64,000 bases of DNA, taken from NCBI GenBank assembly GCA_000004695.1, contig CM000151.3, positions 832,001-896,000 on the forward strand, given 5' to 3'. The translations under genes were made by a program, and so were the position numbers. Positions 1 through 11,066 of this stretch are shown here, in pieces. The stretch comes from Dictyostelium discoideum (taxonomy: Eukaryota). Numbering within the stretch: the stretch's first letter is position 1; every line of letters starts with the position of its first letter. The notes under the pieces are model-generated. The model did not search any database. It worked only from the letters and a program-made list of their open reading frames with translations, and had not been told where the DNA came from.

Positions 1-1
1 A

Positions 2-1093
2 AAAATTTTCCAAACTGGTAATGAAAGTGATGATGAAGAAAGTGATAATGATGATAGTGACGATAGTGATTCAAATAATTCAGATTCAGAAACTGATGAA
101 GAAAAAGAAATTGAAAAACAAATTAAAGAGGCAACATCAAATCCAAATTATAGGGTAAAAACATCAGTTTTTTCAGTACCAATTTTTAAACTTCATGGTG
201 AATTAGATCAACAAACTAGAACTAAAACATTTTTTGATTTTAAAAATTCACCAAATGGTATTTTATTAACTACCGATGTTTCAGCAAGAGGTTTAGATTT
301 ACCATCGGTAAATTGGATCGTTCAATATGATCCATGTTCCGATACAAAAGATTATATTCATAGAATTGGTAGAACTGCTCGTTTAGGTAATCAAGGTTGT
401 TCATTATTATTCCTTTTACCAAGTGAAAAGAAGTATATTGATCATTTGGCTAAATTTAATGTCTCTGTTAAAGAAATGAAAGTTACAACTATTCTTCAAA
501 GTTTATTCTACACAAGTGATGGTCAATTGAAAAAAACTTCAAAATCTTCACAATTGGAATCACAAGTACACGATTTACAATTACTATTTGAAAGATTTTT
601 AATTTATGATTCAAAAGCAAAGGAAATGGCAAGATGTGCTTATCAATCTTTCCTTAGATCTTATGCAACTCATAAAGCTGATGTTAAATCAATATTTCAT
701 ATATCTTATTTACATTTAGGTCATGTTTCAAAGAGTTTTGCACTAAGAGAAACTCCAACAGAATTAAATAAAATGTCTGCTGGTATTAAAGGTGCTAAAG
801 CGGCTAAAAAAGGTGATGAAGATACACTCCAAAAACAAACTGCTGATTTTAAAATGAAAAATTATAAATCTGTAAATGAATTCTCTGATGGTTTAAATGA
901 TCAACCTTTACAAAGAGCAAATTTCCATTATGAATCTGCTAGTGGTGTCATTCACAATATCTATCAACGTCATTTCAATAGAAACGAAAGAGATGAAGCT
1001 GATAAAAACTCAAATCCAAAAGAAATCAAAGAAAAGAAAAGAAGATTATATGATAAAAAAATTGAATCAAATAAAAAATTTAAATCAAAATAA
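2..1093 (+). CDS. DEAD-box ATP-dependent RNA helicase, C-terminal part (DDX31/Dbp7/DDX10-like). 5'-truncated by the window edge; stop at 1091-1093.
   Basis: The frame-2 ORF is continuous from position 2 to the TAA. It contains helicase motif VI (YIHRIGRTARLGNQG), the preceding LLTTDVSARGLDLP motif V region, an acidic Ser/Asp tract, and a basic Lys-rich C-terminal tail typical of nucleolar DEAD-box proteins. Confidence 0.8.
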   Translation, partial: KIFQTGNESDDEESDNDDSDDSDSNNSDSETDEEKEIEKQIKEATSNPNYRVKTSVFSVPIFKLHGELDQQTRTKTFFDFKNSPNGILLTTDVSARGLDLPSVNWIVQYDPCSDTKDYIHRIGRTARLGNQGCSLLFLLPSEKKYIDHLAKFNVSVKEMKVTTILQSLFYTSDGQLKKTSKSSQLESQVHDLQLLFERFLIYDSKAKEMARCAYQSFLRSYATHKADVKSIFHISYLHLGHVSKSFALRETPTELNKMSAGIKGAKAAKKGDEDTLQKQTADFKMKNYKSVNEFSDGLNDQPLQRANFHYESASGVIHNIYQRHFNRNERDEADKNSNPKEIKEKKRRLYDKKIESNKKFKSK

Positions 1094-1212
1094 ATAATCT
1101 TTTTAAAAAAATAAATATATATTATCCATTTTTTTTTTTTTTTTTTTAAAAAGTAATAATTTTGTAAATTGTTTATTATTTTTTTCTAAATACTATTATA
1201 CATTTAATTAAT

Positions 1213-1567
1213 TTAATTACAACCACAACTTGGATGTAAAATTGGATTTGTAATGGTACCAACTGTGTTTAAAACTGATCCCACAATTACACCAGTACCA
1301 ATTAAAACTCCACCAACAAGATTTCCTACTACATTTCCCAAAGTTGGTCCACCACATGGGCTATATTGAATTGAGTTTAATGATTGACTAGATGATGGTG
1401 ATGATGATGAGAATGAAACATTTTTTGATTTTGTAATTGATTTAACATTACCAATTGATGAGATTGAAGCTATAATAAATTAATATTAATATTTATAATT
1501 TTAAAAAATAAACAATTTAAAAACTATATTTTTTTAAATTTTATTATAAATTACCTAAGATTGTCAT
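1213..1567 (-). CDS. HssA/B-like (hssA/2C/7E family) small Gly/Ser-rich protein, copy A (solo). Exons 1555..1567 and 1213..1469, intron 1470..1554.
   Basis: On the minus strand a 13-nt exon ATGACAATCTTAG is followed by GTAATT, and the acceptor is TTATAG. The spliced ORF encodes [88 protein letters not shown] (89 aa). Confidence 0.7.
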
Positions 1568-2238
1568 TTTTAGTTTTTAGTTTTTTTTTTTTATTATTTT
1601 TAAAAAAAAAATTATTTATTTATAGTAAAATAAAATCATATGTTTTTTTTTTTTTTTTTAACTTGTTTGGATAATAAATGATTTCATTTTTTTGATTAAT
1701 ATTAATCAATACAGATTTATTGTTTGAGTTTTAATTGTATGAAATACCAAAAAAAGTAAAAGTTAATCTTTGAAAATGAGATTTTCAAAAAAAAACAAAA
1801 GGATTATAATAAAATAATCTATTTTTTTTTTATTAAAAAGGATAAAAATATTTTTTGGAAAAATGAAAATGATTTGGTGTGTTTAAATCTATAAAAAATT
1901 AATTGCCTTTTTGCAAATGAAAAAATTTTAAATAAAAAAAAAAAAAATAACACAGATTAAAAATTAAATATTTAAATCTGATTTTAATTTGTTAAACCCT
2001 TTTTTAAAATTATTGACTTTTTCTGTTGATTGTTATAATGATAATTGAATGATTACAAAAGTTTATATTAAAACTTAAGATTTTCTTATTCATTTTCATA
2101 TCCTTTTTTTCTTTAAAAATATTAAATTTTAATATTACTCTAATATTTTGAATTTGTTTTGATAAAAATCAATATATTTAAATATATTAATTTTTTTAAA
2201 AGTCAAGTAACATGTAAAGATAAACAAATTATTTTAAA

Positions 2239-2277
<39 letters not shown>

Positions 2278-2355
2278 AATTAATTTAATTTTTACAGTTT
2301 ATTGAATTATTTTTAGTATTTGTTTTAATCTTTTAATTTAAATAATTTTACAGTT

Positions 2356-2685
2356 TTAATGGCAACCACAGTTTGGACCACTTAATAAACCACCAACAAC
2401 ACCATTGACAGTACCAACAATAATACCAGTTCCGACAAGTACACCACCTACGAGATTACCAACAGTACCAATTAATGGACTACCACCACCGCAGCCACCA
2501 CATTGTATTGAATTTGATGATTGTAATGATGAGTTTGATAATGATGAAAAATTATTTGATTTTGAAATTGATTTAACATTACCAATTCATGAGATTGAGG
2601 CTATTTAAAAATAATATAAAATAATTAATTTTAATATTATTTAATGTATATATATATATATATAAAACATACCTAAGATTGTCAT
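2356..2685 (-). pseudogene. HssA/B-like gene copy B with a premature in-frame TGA at codon 9 (probable pseudogene). Exons 2673..2685 and 2356..2600.
   Basis: It has the same two-exon structure (ATGACAATCTTAG, then GTATGT ... AAATAG). Exon 2 reads GCC TCA ATC TCA TGA, where all other copies have TCA at that position. The rest is in frame and ends CGCH*. Confidence 0.5.
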
Positions 2686-2834
2686 TTTTAATTTTGTTAA
2701 TTGGAAATTAATTTTTTGATTTAATGATTATAAAATAAAAAAAAAAAAAACCTTTTATATCAAATTTTTTTAAACAAAAATTATTTATTTTTATTTGTTT
2801 TTAATTTATCTTACAAAAAATAAAAATAATAATT

Positions 2835-3038
2835 AACTATCAATTAAGAAATAATGTGTTAATGGGGGTAATTATTGTGTGTTAATTAATCAACCGAATC
2901 CACCAAGGTTTTGATATGTATAAACTATTAAGTTAATACTTCATATAAATTTTTTTTTTTAAAATTTATATTGTTTCAGTTTAATTGTTCAAACACACAA
3001 TTAACCCCTCATTAACACATTATTTCCTAATTGATAGT
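2835..3038. promoter_or_regulatory. Bidirectional intergenic palindrome between divergent hssl copies B and C. Arms are about 2835-2889 and 2981-3038, with a conserved ~100-bp spacer.
   Basis: ACTATCAATTAAGAAATAATGTGTTAATGGGGGTAATTATTGTGTG is matched by the reverse complement of CACACAATTAACCCCTCATTAACACATTATTTCCTAATTGATAGT. G5/C5 cores in otherwise ~85% AT DNA. Confidence 0.6.
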
Positions 3039-3389
3039 AAATTTAAAGTATTTTTATTTATTTTTAAAGAATTTTTATTTATTCTACTCACACATCATAT
3101 TAAAATTTTTTTTTTTTTTTTTTTTTATTGTGTGGTATAATTTAATATATCTATTATACAAGAAAATAGTTTTTTGAAAATGAGATCTTTTGTGATCTAA
3201 ACAGTTAAATTTCTGAAAAAAAAGAATTTAATTATAATAATAAATTATTTGTTTTTTTTAAATTGATTTTTTTTTTTTTTAAATTTTTTTTTTTTCAAAA
3301 GTTCAAAATAAAAGTATAAATTCTAATTTTATTTCAATCATTATTTCATTAAATTAAACAATCAAAAAAATTTTAAATAAATTAATAAA

Positions 3390-3739
3390 ATGACACTCTT
3401 AGGTAAGTAATTAAATAATTAATTATAGTTTATTAAAAAATAATTTTATTAATTACTTATTTTTTAATATTAAAAAACTTAGCTTCAATCTCATCAATTG
3501 GTAATGTTAAATCAATTTCAAAATCAAATAATTTTTCATCATTATCAAACTCGTCATTACAATCATCAAACTCAATACAATGTGGTGGCTGCGGTGGTGG
3601 TAGTCCATTAATTGGTACTGTTGGTAATCTCGTCGGTGGTGTACTTGTCGGAACTGGTATTATTGTTGGTACTGTCATTGGAACTGTCAATGGTGTTGTT
3701 GGTGGTTTATTAAATGGACCAAACTGTGGATGTCATTAG
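3390..3739 (+). CDS. HssA/B-like protein, copy C. Exons 3390..3402 and 3483..3739, intron 3403..3482.
   Basis: ATGACACTCTTAG|GTAAGT ... CTTAG|CTTCAATC. The spliced product is [89 protein letters not shown] (89 aa). The 77-aa minus-strand ORF in the provided track is its antisense artefact. Confidence 0.75.
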
Positions 3740-3940
3740 AACTGTAAAATTATTTAAATTATAATATTTTGTAATCAAAAAAGTTTTTTTATAATAAATA
3801 ACTTTGTATTAATAAAAAATTAAATCCAAAAAAGACTTAATGTTTCATTTTTTATTTTTTTATAATTTTTTTATTTTATTTTTACAATATTGTAAATTAC
3901 AAAAAGAGATTGATTATTTATACTTTTTTAAATTAATTAC

Positions 3941-4225
3941 ACTGACTTTCAACAGTTCTAGCATTTAGAATTAAAATATCAATTTGATATTACTTATAAA
4001 ATTTAATTAACCAATCTTTTAATTTACTTTGTCAGTAATATCAATCGATTCTACTTGAACACCAATATCCAAACATTCTTTTTTACTTCTTCTAATATTT
4101 CAATTTCCTTCCAGTCAAACCAAACCTCTTCCAGGATGACGCACCTGTGATAACTATTGCTTTTGGTGTCGGAAAATTTGTTTTCTTTTTTTATAATTTA
4201 AAAAACTTAATATTGTATAAAATAA
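3941..4225 (-). pseudogene. Decayed, internally deleted relic of SDR exon 1.
   Basis: Collinear nucleotide similarity to 6655-7000 (ACTGACTTTCAACAGTTC.AGCATTT..AATTAAAATATCAATTT, then CACCTGTGATAACTATTGCTTTTGGTGT.GG.AAATTTGTTTTCTTTTTTTATAATTTAAAAAAC). It has gaps and no intact ORF. Confidence 0.5.
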
Positions 4226-4348
4226 AATATAAACAAATGAATTCAAAAATAATTTTTTTATTTTTAAATAATGAATTTAATTTTTACAGTTTATTGAATT
4301 ATTTTTAGTTTTTGTTTTATATCTATTAATTTAAATAATTTTACAGTT

Positions 4349-4688
4349 TTAATGGCAACCACAGTTTGGACCACTTAATAAACCACCAACAACACCATTG
4401 ACAGTTCCAACGACAGTACCAAGAATAATACCAGTTCCGACAAGTACACCACCTACGAGATTACCAACAGTACCAATTAATGGACTACCCCCACCGCAGC
4501 CACATTGAATTGAATTTGATGATTGTAATGACGAGTTTGATAATGATGAAAAATTATTTGATTTTGAAATTGATTTAACATTACCAATTGATGAGATTGA
4601 AGCTATTTAAAAATAATATAAAATAATTAATTTTTAATTATTTTGTGTATATATTTTTAGATTTTAAAGACATACCTAAGATTGTCAT
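4349..4688 (-). CDS. HssA/B-like protein, copy D. Exons 4676..4688 and 4349..4602.
   Basis: Minus strand: ATGACAATCTTAG|GTATGT ... AAATAG|CTTCAATC. The 88-aa product ends [11 protein letters not shown]. It carries a 3-nt in-frame deletion relative to copy C (QCGCGGGSP). Confidence 0.7.
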
Positions 4689-4837
4689 TTTTTTAATATT
4701 GCTAATTGTAAATTTTAATAGTTTGATTTAATGATTTTTTTTTAAAATAAAAAAACCTTTTATATCAAATTTTTTAAAACAATAATTATTTTTTTTTATT
4801 TATTTTTAATTTATCTTACAAAATAATAATAATAATT

Positions 4838-5041
4838 AACTATCAATTAGGAAATAATGTGTTAGTGGGGGTAAATATTGTGTGTTAATTAATCAACCGA
4901 ATCTACCGAAGTTTTTATATGTATAAACTATTGTGTTAGTTCTTCATATAAATTTTTTTTTTTAAAATTTATATTGTTTCAGTTTAATTGTTCAAACACA
5001 CAATTAACCCCACATTAACACATTATTTCCTATTTGATAGT
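4838..5041. promoter_or_regulatory. Bidirectional intergenic palindrome between divergent hssl copies D and E.
   Basis: Arms are about 4838-4893 and 4984-5041 (GTGTTAGTGGGGGTAAATATTGTGTG and CACACAATTAACCCCACATTAACAC). Same spacer as the B/C unit. Confidence 0.6.
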
Positions 5042-5374
5042 AAATTTATATTATTATTATTTTTTTTTTTTTTTAGAAGTTTTATTTATTAACACATATT
5101 AATAATTTTTTTTTTTTTTGTGTGGTTTAATTTAGTATATCAATTATACAAGAAAATAATTTTTTGAAAATGAGATTTTTTGTGATTTAAACAGTTAAAT
5201 ATCTGAAAAAAAAAAGAATTTAATTATAAAAATAAATTATTTGTTTTTTTTTTAAATTAATTATATTTTTTAATTTTTTTTTTATTGAAAATAAAAGTAT
5301 AAATTCTAATTTTATTTTCAATCATTATTTCATTAAATCAAACAATCAAATAAACTTTAAAATAAATTAATAAA

Positions 5375-5721
5375 ATGACACTCTTAGGTAAATAATTAAA
5401 ATAAATTGTAGTTTATTAAAAAGTAATTTTATTAATTTATTTTATTTTATAAATTTAAAAAATTTAGCTTCAATCTCATCAATTGGTAATGTTAAATCAA
5501 TTTCAAAATCAAATAATTTTTCATCATTATCAAACTCATCATTACAATCATCAAACTCAATACAATGTGGTGGCTGCGGTGGTAGTCCATTAATTGGTAC
5601 TGTTGGTAATCTCGTAGGTGGTGTACTTGTCGGAACTGGTATTATTGTTGGTACTGTCGTTGGAACTGTCAATGGTGTTGTTGGTGGTTTATTAAGTGGT
5701 CCAAACTGTGGATGCCATTAA
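5375..5721 (+). CDS. HssA/B-like protein, copy E. Exons 5375..5387 and 5468..5721.
   Basis: ATGACACTCTTAG|GTAAAT ... TTTAG|CTTCAATC. The 88-aa product is ...[54 protein letters not shown]. Confidence 0.75.
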
Positions 5722-5871
5722 ATTTATTAAAATCGATAATGTTTTTTTATAATAAATAAATTTGTATAAATAAAAAATGAATTTCAAAAAAGACTTAACA
5801 TGTTCATTTTTATTATAACTATTTTTTTTTTTTTTTTTTACAATATTATAAATTACAAAAAAAAAGATTGA

Positions 5872-7063
5872 TTATTTATTATGAGTCTTAATTTTTTGAG
5901 AATTTAAATTTTTAACTGATGAGGAGGGACAATTTTCTCTTTTTGATTCATTTGTAGAATATCGAGAGTGATGAGAATAATGAGTTACTGGTTTCCTATA
6001 GTCTGGATATTTTGCAAGAGAATTTATAATAAAATTAGTGGCATCTCTTAAAGTTGGTGGAATTGTGGCAAAGAAATGAGATATACAATAAACTAAAGGT
6101 GGGCATGAAATTATTGCATCATTTCTACTAATACCATCTACAATGTATTTTGAAGCTTTGTCAGTTGTTATAGGTAGTAACATTGGTATATCTTTATAAT
6201 CCAAAGAATCAACTAATGGAGTATAAACAAAACCTGGTATTATTACTGAAACGCCAACACCTCTTGATGCTAAACCATTTCTAAGTATTAACCCAAATGA
6301 TTTTAGGTAACCTTTACTTGATGAATATCCTGCCATTGTATAATCAAAATATGGTGTAATACTTGACATCAAAACCAATTGACCAGATCCTCTTGATTCA
6401 AAGATTGGTACCATTGGTAAAACTGTATTCAAGGTTCCAATTACCTATAATAAATAATTTATTAATTAGTTTTAAAAGAATATCATTACTTTTTATATTT
6501 TTAAAATTATTTAAGATATTACATTTGTGTTTGTAACTGTTAATATTCTTTCAGTAAAATCTAATTCTTTTGGTAACATTGCTGGAATTTTTTTTTTAAA
6601 TATAAATAAATATATTAAGAAAACCAATTTTTTTTTTTTTAAAAAAGTAATTATACTGACTTTCAACAGTTCCAGCATTTGCAATTAAAATATCAATTTT
6701 ATATTTATTATCAAATTTAATTAACCAATCATATAATTTTTCTTTGTCAGTGACATCAATTGATTCAATTTCTACTTGAACACCAAGATCCAAACATTCT
6801 TTTTGAATTTCTTCTAATTTTTCAATGTTTCTTCCAGTTAAACCTAAAACCAAAGAATTATTGGTTTTTCTTTTTGCATATTCAAGTGCTATTCCTCTAC
6901 CAATACCAGATGATGCACCCGTGATAACTATTGCTTTTGGTGTTGGGAAATTTGTTTTCTTTTTTTTATAATTTAAAAAACCTAATATAGGATAAAATAT
7001 TAAAAGAATCATTGAACCAATTATATTGGTCAACAATAAAGATATATCAGTTAGCACTGCCAT
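5872..7063 (-). CDS. Short-chain dehydrogenase/reductase (classical SDR, N-terminal membrane anchor), paralogue 1. Exons 6661..7063, 6523..6581 and 5872..6444.
   Basis: Exon 1 carries a TM helix plus the Rossmann motif ITGASSGIGRGIALEYAKR and IANAG, with a GTCAGT donor. The 59-nt middle exon (acceptor TTCCAG) encodes MLPKELDFTERILTVTNTN, with a GTAATA donor. Exon 3 (acceptor TTATAG) encodes VIGTLNTVLPMVPIFESRGSGQLVLMSS...YSSSKGYLKSF, the catalytic S..YxxxK. Frame is continuous across both junctions, giving 344 aa. Confidence 0.7.
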
Positions 7064-7130
7064 TCTTATTATTAATTTTTTTTGAAAAATTTAAATTAAA
7101 AAAAAATTTAAATTAATAAAAAAAATTTAA

Positions 7131-7168
<38 letters not shown>

Positions 7169-7334
7169 TTAAAGTGTTAAAATTCTAAACCGTTTAAAAG
7201 AATGTTTAATTAATTAATTCAAAAACACCAAGAATAAAAATTGATTTACAATATTAAATTTTCATTTTTTAACAAATTTTTTTTATATTTTTTAAAAAAA
7301 ATACAAAACAGGAAGGTTGTCAAAACAGATCTAT

Positions 7335-7382
<48 letters not shown>

Positions 7383-7645
7383 TTTAATATAAAATTAAAT
7401 AATTAAATAAATCATTTTAAATCTAATTTTAATTTTAAAAACATTTTACAAAGATTAAAATCAGATTTAAAATAACTTTTTCTTTAGTTAATCAAATAAT
7501 AATTAAATAATTTCAAAAGTTTATATTTATACTTTTTTTTTTTATTCATTTTCATATTCACTTTTAATAAGATTATCATAAAAAATTCTGAATTGTTTTA
7601 ATGAAATAAATTTATTAAATATTTTAAAAAAATGAATTCAAAATT

Positions 7646-7680
<35 letters not shown>

Positions 7681-7760
7681 AATAATGAATTTAATTTTTA
7701 CAGTTTATTGAATTATTTTTAGTATTTTTTTATATCTATTAATATAAATAATTTTCAGTT

Positions 7761-8107
7761 CTAATGACATCCACAGTTTGGACCACTTAATAAACCACCA
7801 ACAACACCATTGACAGTTCCAACAACAGTACCAAGAATAATACCAGTTCCAACAAGTACTCCACCGACGAGATTACCTACGGTACCAATTAATGGACTAC
7901 CACCACCGCAGCCACATTGAATTGAATTTGATGATTGTAATGACGAGTTTGATAATGATGAAAAATTATTTGATTTTGAAATTGATTTAACATTACCAAT
8001 TGTTGAGATTGAAGCTAAGTTTTTAATATTAAAAAATAAATAATTAATAAAATTTTTTTTTAATAAACTACTATTAATTATTTTAATTACTTACCTAAGA
8101 GTGTCAT
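7761..8107 (-). CDS. HssA/B-like protein, copy F. Exons 8095..8107 and 7761..8014.
   Basis: Minus strand: ATGACACTCTTAG|GTAAGT ... ACTTAG|CTTCAATCTCAACAATTGG. The 88-aa product ends CGCH*. Confidence 0.7.
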
Positions 8108-8246
8108 TTTATTAATTTATTTAGAGTATTTTGATTTAATGATTTATTAAAAAAAAAAAAAAAAAAAAAATCCTTTTATATCAAAATTTTTTATAACAAT
8201 AATAACAACGTTTATTTGCTTTTAATTTATCTTAATAATAGTAATT

Positions 8247-8447
8247 AACTATCAATTAGGAAATAATGTGTTGGTGGGGGTAAATATTGTGTGTTAATTA
8301 ATCAACCGAATCTACCGAAGTTTTTATATGTATAAACTATCGTGTTAGTACTTCATATAAACTTTTTTTTTAAATTTATATGTTTCAGTTTAATTGTTCA
8401 AACACACAATTAACCCCACAATAACATATTATTTCCTAATTGATAGT
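8247..8447. promoter_or_regulatory. Bidirectional intergenic palindrome between divergent hssl copies F and G.
   Basis: Arms are about 8247-8305 and 8388-8447 (GTGTTGGTGGGGGTAAATATTGTGTG and CACACAATTAACCCCACAATAACAT). Confidence 0.6.
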
Positions 8448-8761
8448 AAATTTATATTATTATTATTATTTTTTAAAAAAAGTTTTATTTATTCTTCTCA
8501 CACACATTAAAAATAATAATATTTTTTTTTTTGTGAGGTTTAATTTAATATATCGATTATATAAGAAAATAATATTTTGAAAATAAGATTTTTTGTGATT
8601 TAAACAGTTAAATATCTGAAAAAAAGAATTTAATTATAATAATTAATTATTTGTTTTTTTTAATTTTTTTATTTTTTTTATTCAAAATAAAAGTATAAAT
8701 TCTAATTTTATTTTCAATCATTAAATTAAACAATCAAATAAACTCTAAATAAATTAATAAA

Positions 8762-9112
8762 ATGACACTCTTAGGTAAGTAATTAAAATAATTAATAGTA
8801 GTTGATTAAAAAATAATTTTATTAATTATTTATTTTTTAATATTAAAAAACTTAGCTTCAATCTCAACAATTGGTAATGTTAAATCAATTTCAAAATCAA
8901 ATAATTTTTCATCATTATCAAACTCATCATTACAATCATCAAATTCAATTCAATGCGGTGGCTGCGGTGGTGGTAATTCATTAATTGGTACTGTTGGAGG
9001 TCTTGTTGGTGGTGTACTTGTTGGAACTGGTATTATTGTTGGTACTGTCATTGGAACTGTTAATGGTGTTGTTGGTGGTTTATTAAGTGGTCCAAGCTGT
9101 GGATGCCATTAA
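8762..9112 (+). CDS. HssA/B-like protein, copy G. Exons 8762..8774 and 8856..9112.
   Basis: ATGACACTCTTAG|GTAAGT ... CTTAG|CTTCAATC. The 89-aa product is ...[55 protein letters not shown]. Confidence 0.75.
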
Positions 9113-9261
9113 AATAATGTTTTTTAGAATAAATAAATTTGTATATATAAAAAATGAAATTCAAAAAATACCTAACACCTTTCTTTTTTTTTTTTTATTA
9201 TTTGTTTTTAATTTTTTTATATAATTACTAAAATTGAATTTTTTTTTTTTTTTTTTAAAAA

Positions 9262-9365
9262 TTAATTACACTGACTTCCAACTGTTCCAGTATTTGCAAT
9301 TGATCAATTTGATGTTTATCATCCAAATTTAATTAACTGATCTTTATATTTTCTTTGTCAGTGAC
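9262..9365 (-). pseudogene. Short relic of SDR exon 1, between hssl copies G and H.
   Basis: ACTGACTTCCAACTGTTCCAGTATTTGCAATTGATCAATTTGAT...TTTCTTTGTCAGTGACATCA is collinear with 6655-6760 of the intact SDR gene. No ORF. Confidence 0.4.
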
Positions 9366-9528
9366 ATCATAAAAATTCTGAATTTGTAGTTATAAAATGT
9401 AACATGTAAAGATTAACAAATGAATTCAAAAATAATTTTTTTTTTTTTTTATTAATTTAATTTTTACAGTTTATTTGAATTATTTTTAGTATTTGTTATA
9501 TATTTTTTAATTTAAATAATTTTACATT

Positions 9529-9870
9529 TTAATGGCAACCACAGTTTGGACCACTTAATAAACCACCAACAACACCATTGACAGTTCCAACGACAGTACC
9601 AACAATAATACCAGTTCCTACAAGTACACCACCCACAAGATTACCAACAGTACCAATTAATGGACTACCACCACCACAGCCACCACATTGAATTGAATTT
9701 GATGATTGTAATGACGAGTTTGATAATGATGAAAAATTATTTGATTTTGAAATTGATTTAACATTACCAATTGATGAGATTGAAGCTATTTAATAATAAA
9801 ATAAAATAATTAATTTTTAATTATTTTGTGTATATTTTTTAGATTTTAAAGACATACCTAAGATTGTCAT
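9529..9870 (-). CDS. HssA/B-like protein, copy H. Exons 9858..9870 and 9529..9785.
   Basis: Minus strand: ATGACAATCTTAG|GTATGT ... AAATAG|CTTCAATC. The 89-aa product ends CGCH*. Confidence 0.7.
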
Positions 9871-10008
9871 TTTTTTAATTTTGTTAATTGTAAATTTTAA
9901 TAGTTTGATTTAATGATTTTTTTAAAAAAAAAAAAACCTTTTATATCATAATTTTTAAATTTTTTTATTTGTTTTTAATTTATCTTACAAAAAAAAAAAA
10001 TAATAATA

Positions 10009-10210
10009 AACTATCAATTAGGAAATTTATGTGTTAGTGGGGGTAAATATTGTGTTAATTAATCAACCGAATCTACCGAAGTTTTTATATGTATAAACTA
10101 TCGTGTTAGTACTTCATATAAACTTTTTTTTTAAATTTATATTGTTTCAGTTTAATTGTTCAAACACACAATTAACCTCACAATAACATATTATTTCCTA
10201 ATAGATAGTA
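10009..10210. promoter_or_regulatory. Bidirectional intergenic palindrome between divergent hssl copies H and I.
   Basis: Arms are about 10009-10062 and 10152-10210 (GTGTTAGTGGGGGTAAATATTGTGTTAATTAA and CACACAATTAACCTCACAATAACAT). Confidence 0.6.
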
Positions 10211-10562
10211 TATTTTTATTATTATTTTTTTTTTAAAAAAAGTTTTGTTTTTTCTTCTCACACATATCATATAAAAAATAATAATAATAATTTTTTTTTT
10301 TTTTTTGTGTGGTTTAATTTAATATATCGATTATACAAGAAAATCGTTTTTTGAAAATGAGATTTTTTGTGATTTAAACAGTTAAATATCTGAAAAAAAG
10401 AATTTAATTATAATAATTGATTATTTGTTTTTTTTTTTAAAATTAATTATATTATTTAATTTTTTTTTTTTATTCAAAATAAAAGTATAAATTCTAAATT
10501 TATTTTCAATCATTATTTCATTAAATCAAACAATCAAATAAACTTAAAAATAAATTAATAAA

Positions 10563-10912
10563 ATGACACTCTTAGGTAAATAATTATAATTAATTATAGT
10601 TTATTAAAAAAGTAATTTTATTAATTATTTTATTTTATAATATTAAAAAACTTAGCTTCAATCTCATCAATTGGTAATGTTAAATCAATTTCAAAATCAA
10701 ATAATTTTTCATCATTATCAAACTCATCATTACAATCATCAAATTCAATTCAATGTGGTGGCTGCGGTGGTGGTAGTCCATTAATTGGTACTGTTGGTAA
10801 TCTCGTCGGTGGAGTACTTGTTGGAACTGGTATTATTGTTGGTACTGTTGTTGGAACTGTCAATGGAGTTGTTGGAGGTTTATTAAGTGGTCCAAACTGT
10901 GGATGTCATTAA
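10563..10912 (+). CDS. HssA/B-like protein, copy I. Exons 10563..10575 and 10656..10912.
   Basis: ATGACACTCTTAG|GTAAAT ... CTTAG|CTTCAATC. The 89-aa product is ...[55 protein letters not shown]. Confidence 0.75.
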
Positions 10913-11066
10913 AATAAATGTTTTTTTATAATAAATAGCTTTGTACAAATAAAAATGAAATTCAAAAAGATTTAATACATTTCTTTTTTTTTTATTATTT
11001 ATTTTTTTATTTTTTATTTTTACAATATTTATTTTTAAATTAGAAAAAATGATTAATTATTTATTA

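Noticed and set aside
2405-2608. Track ORFs 2405..2608(+), 3457..3690(-) and 5442..5672(-), encoding [29 protein letters not shown]...
   Set aside because: They are the antisense strand of hssl exon 2 in copies B, C and E. The sense strand gives the conserved two-exon Gly/Ser protein with ATG, GT/AG signals and the CGCH terminus.
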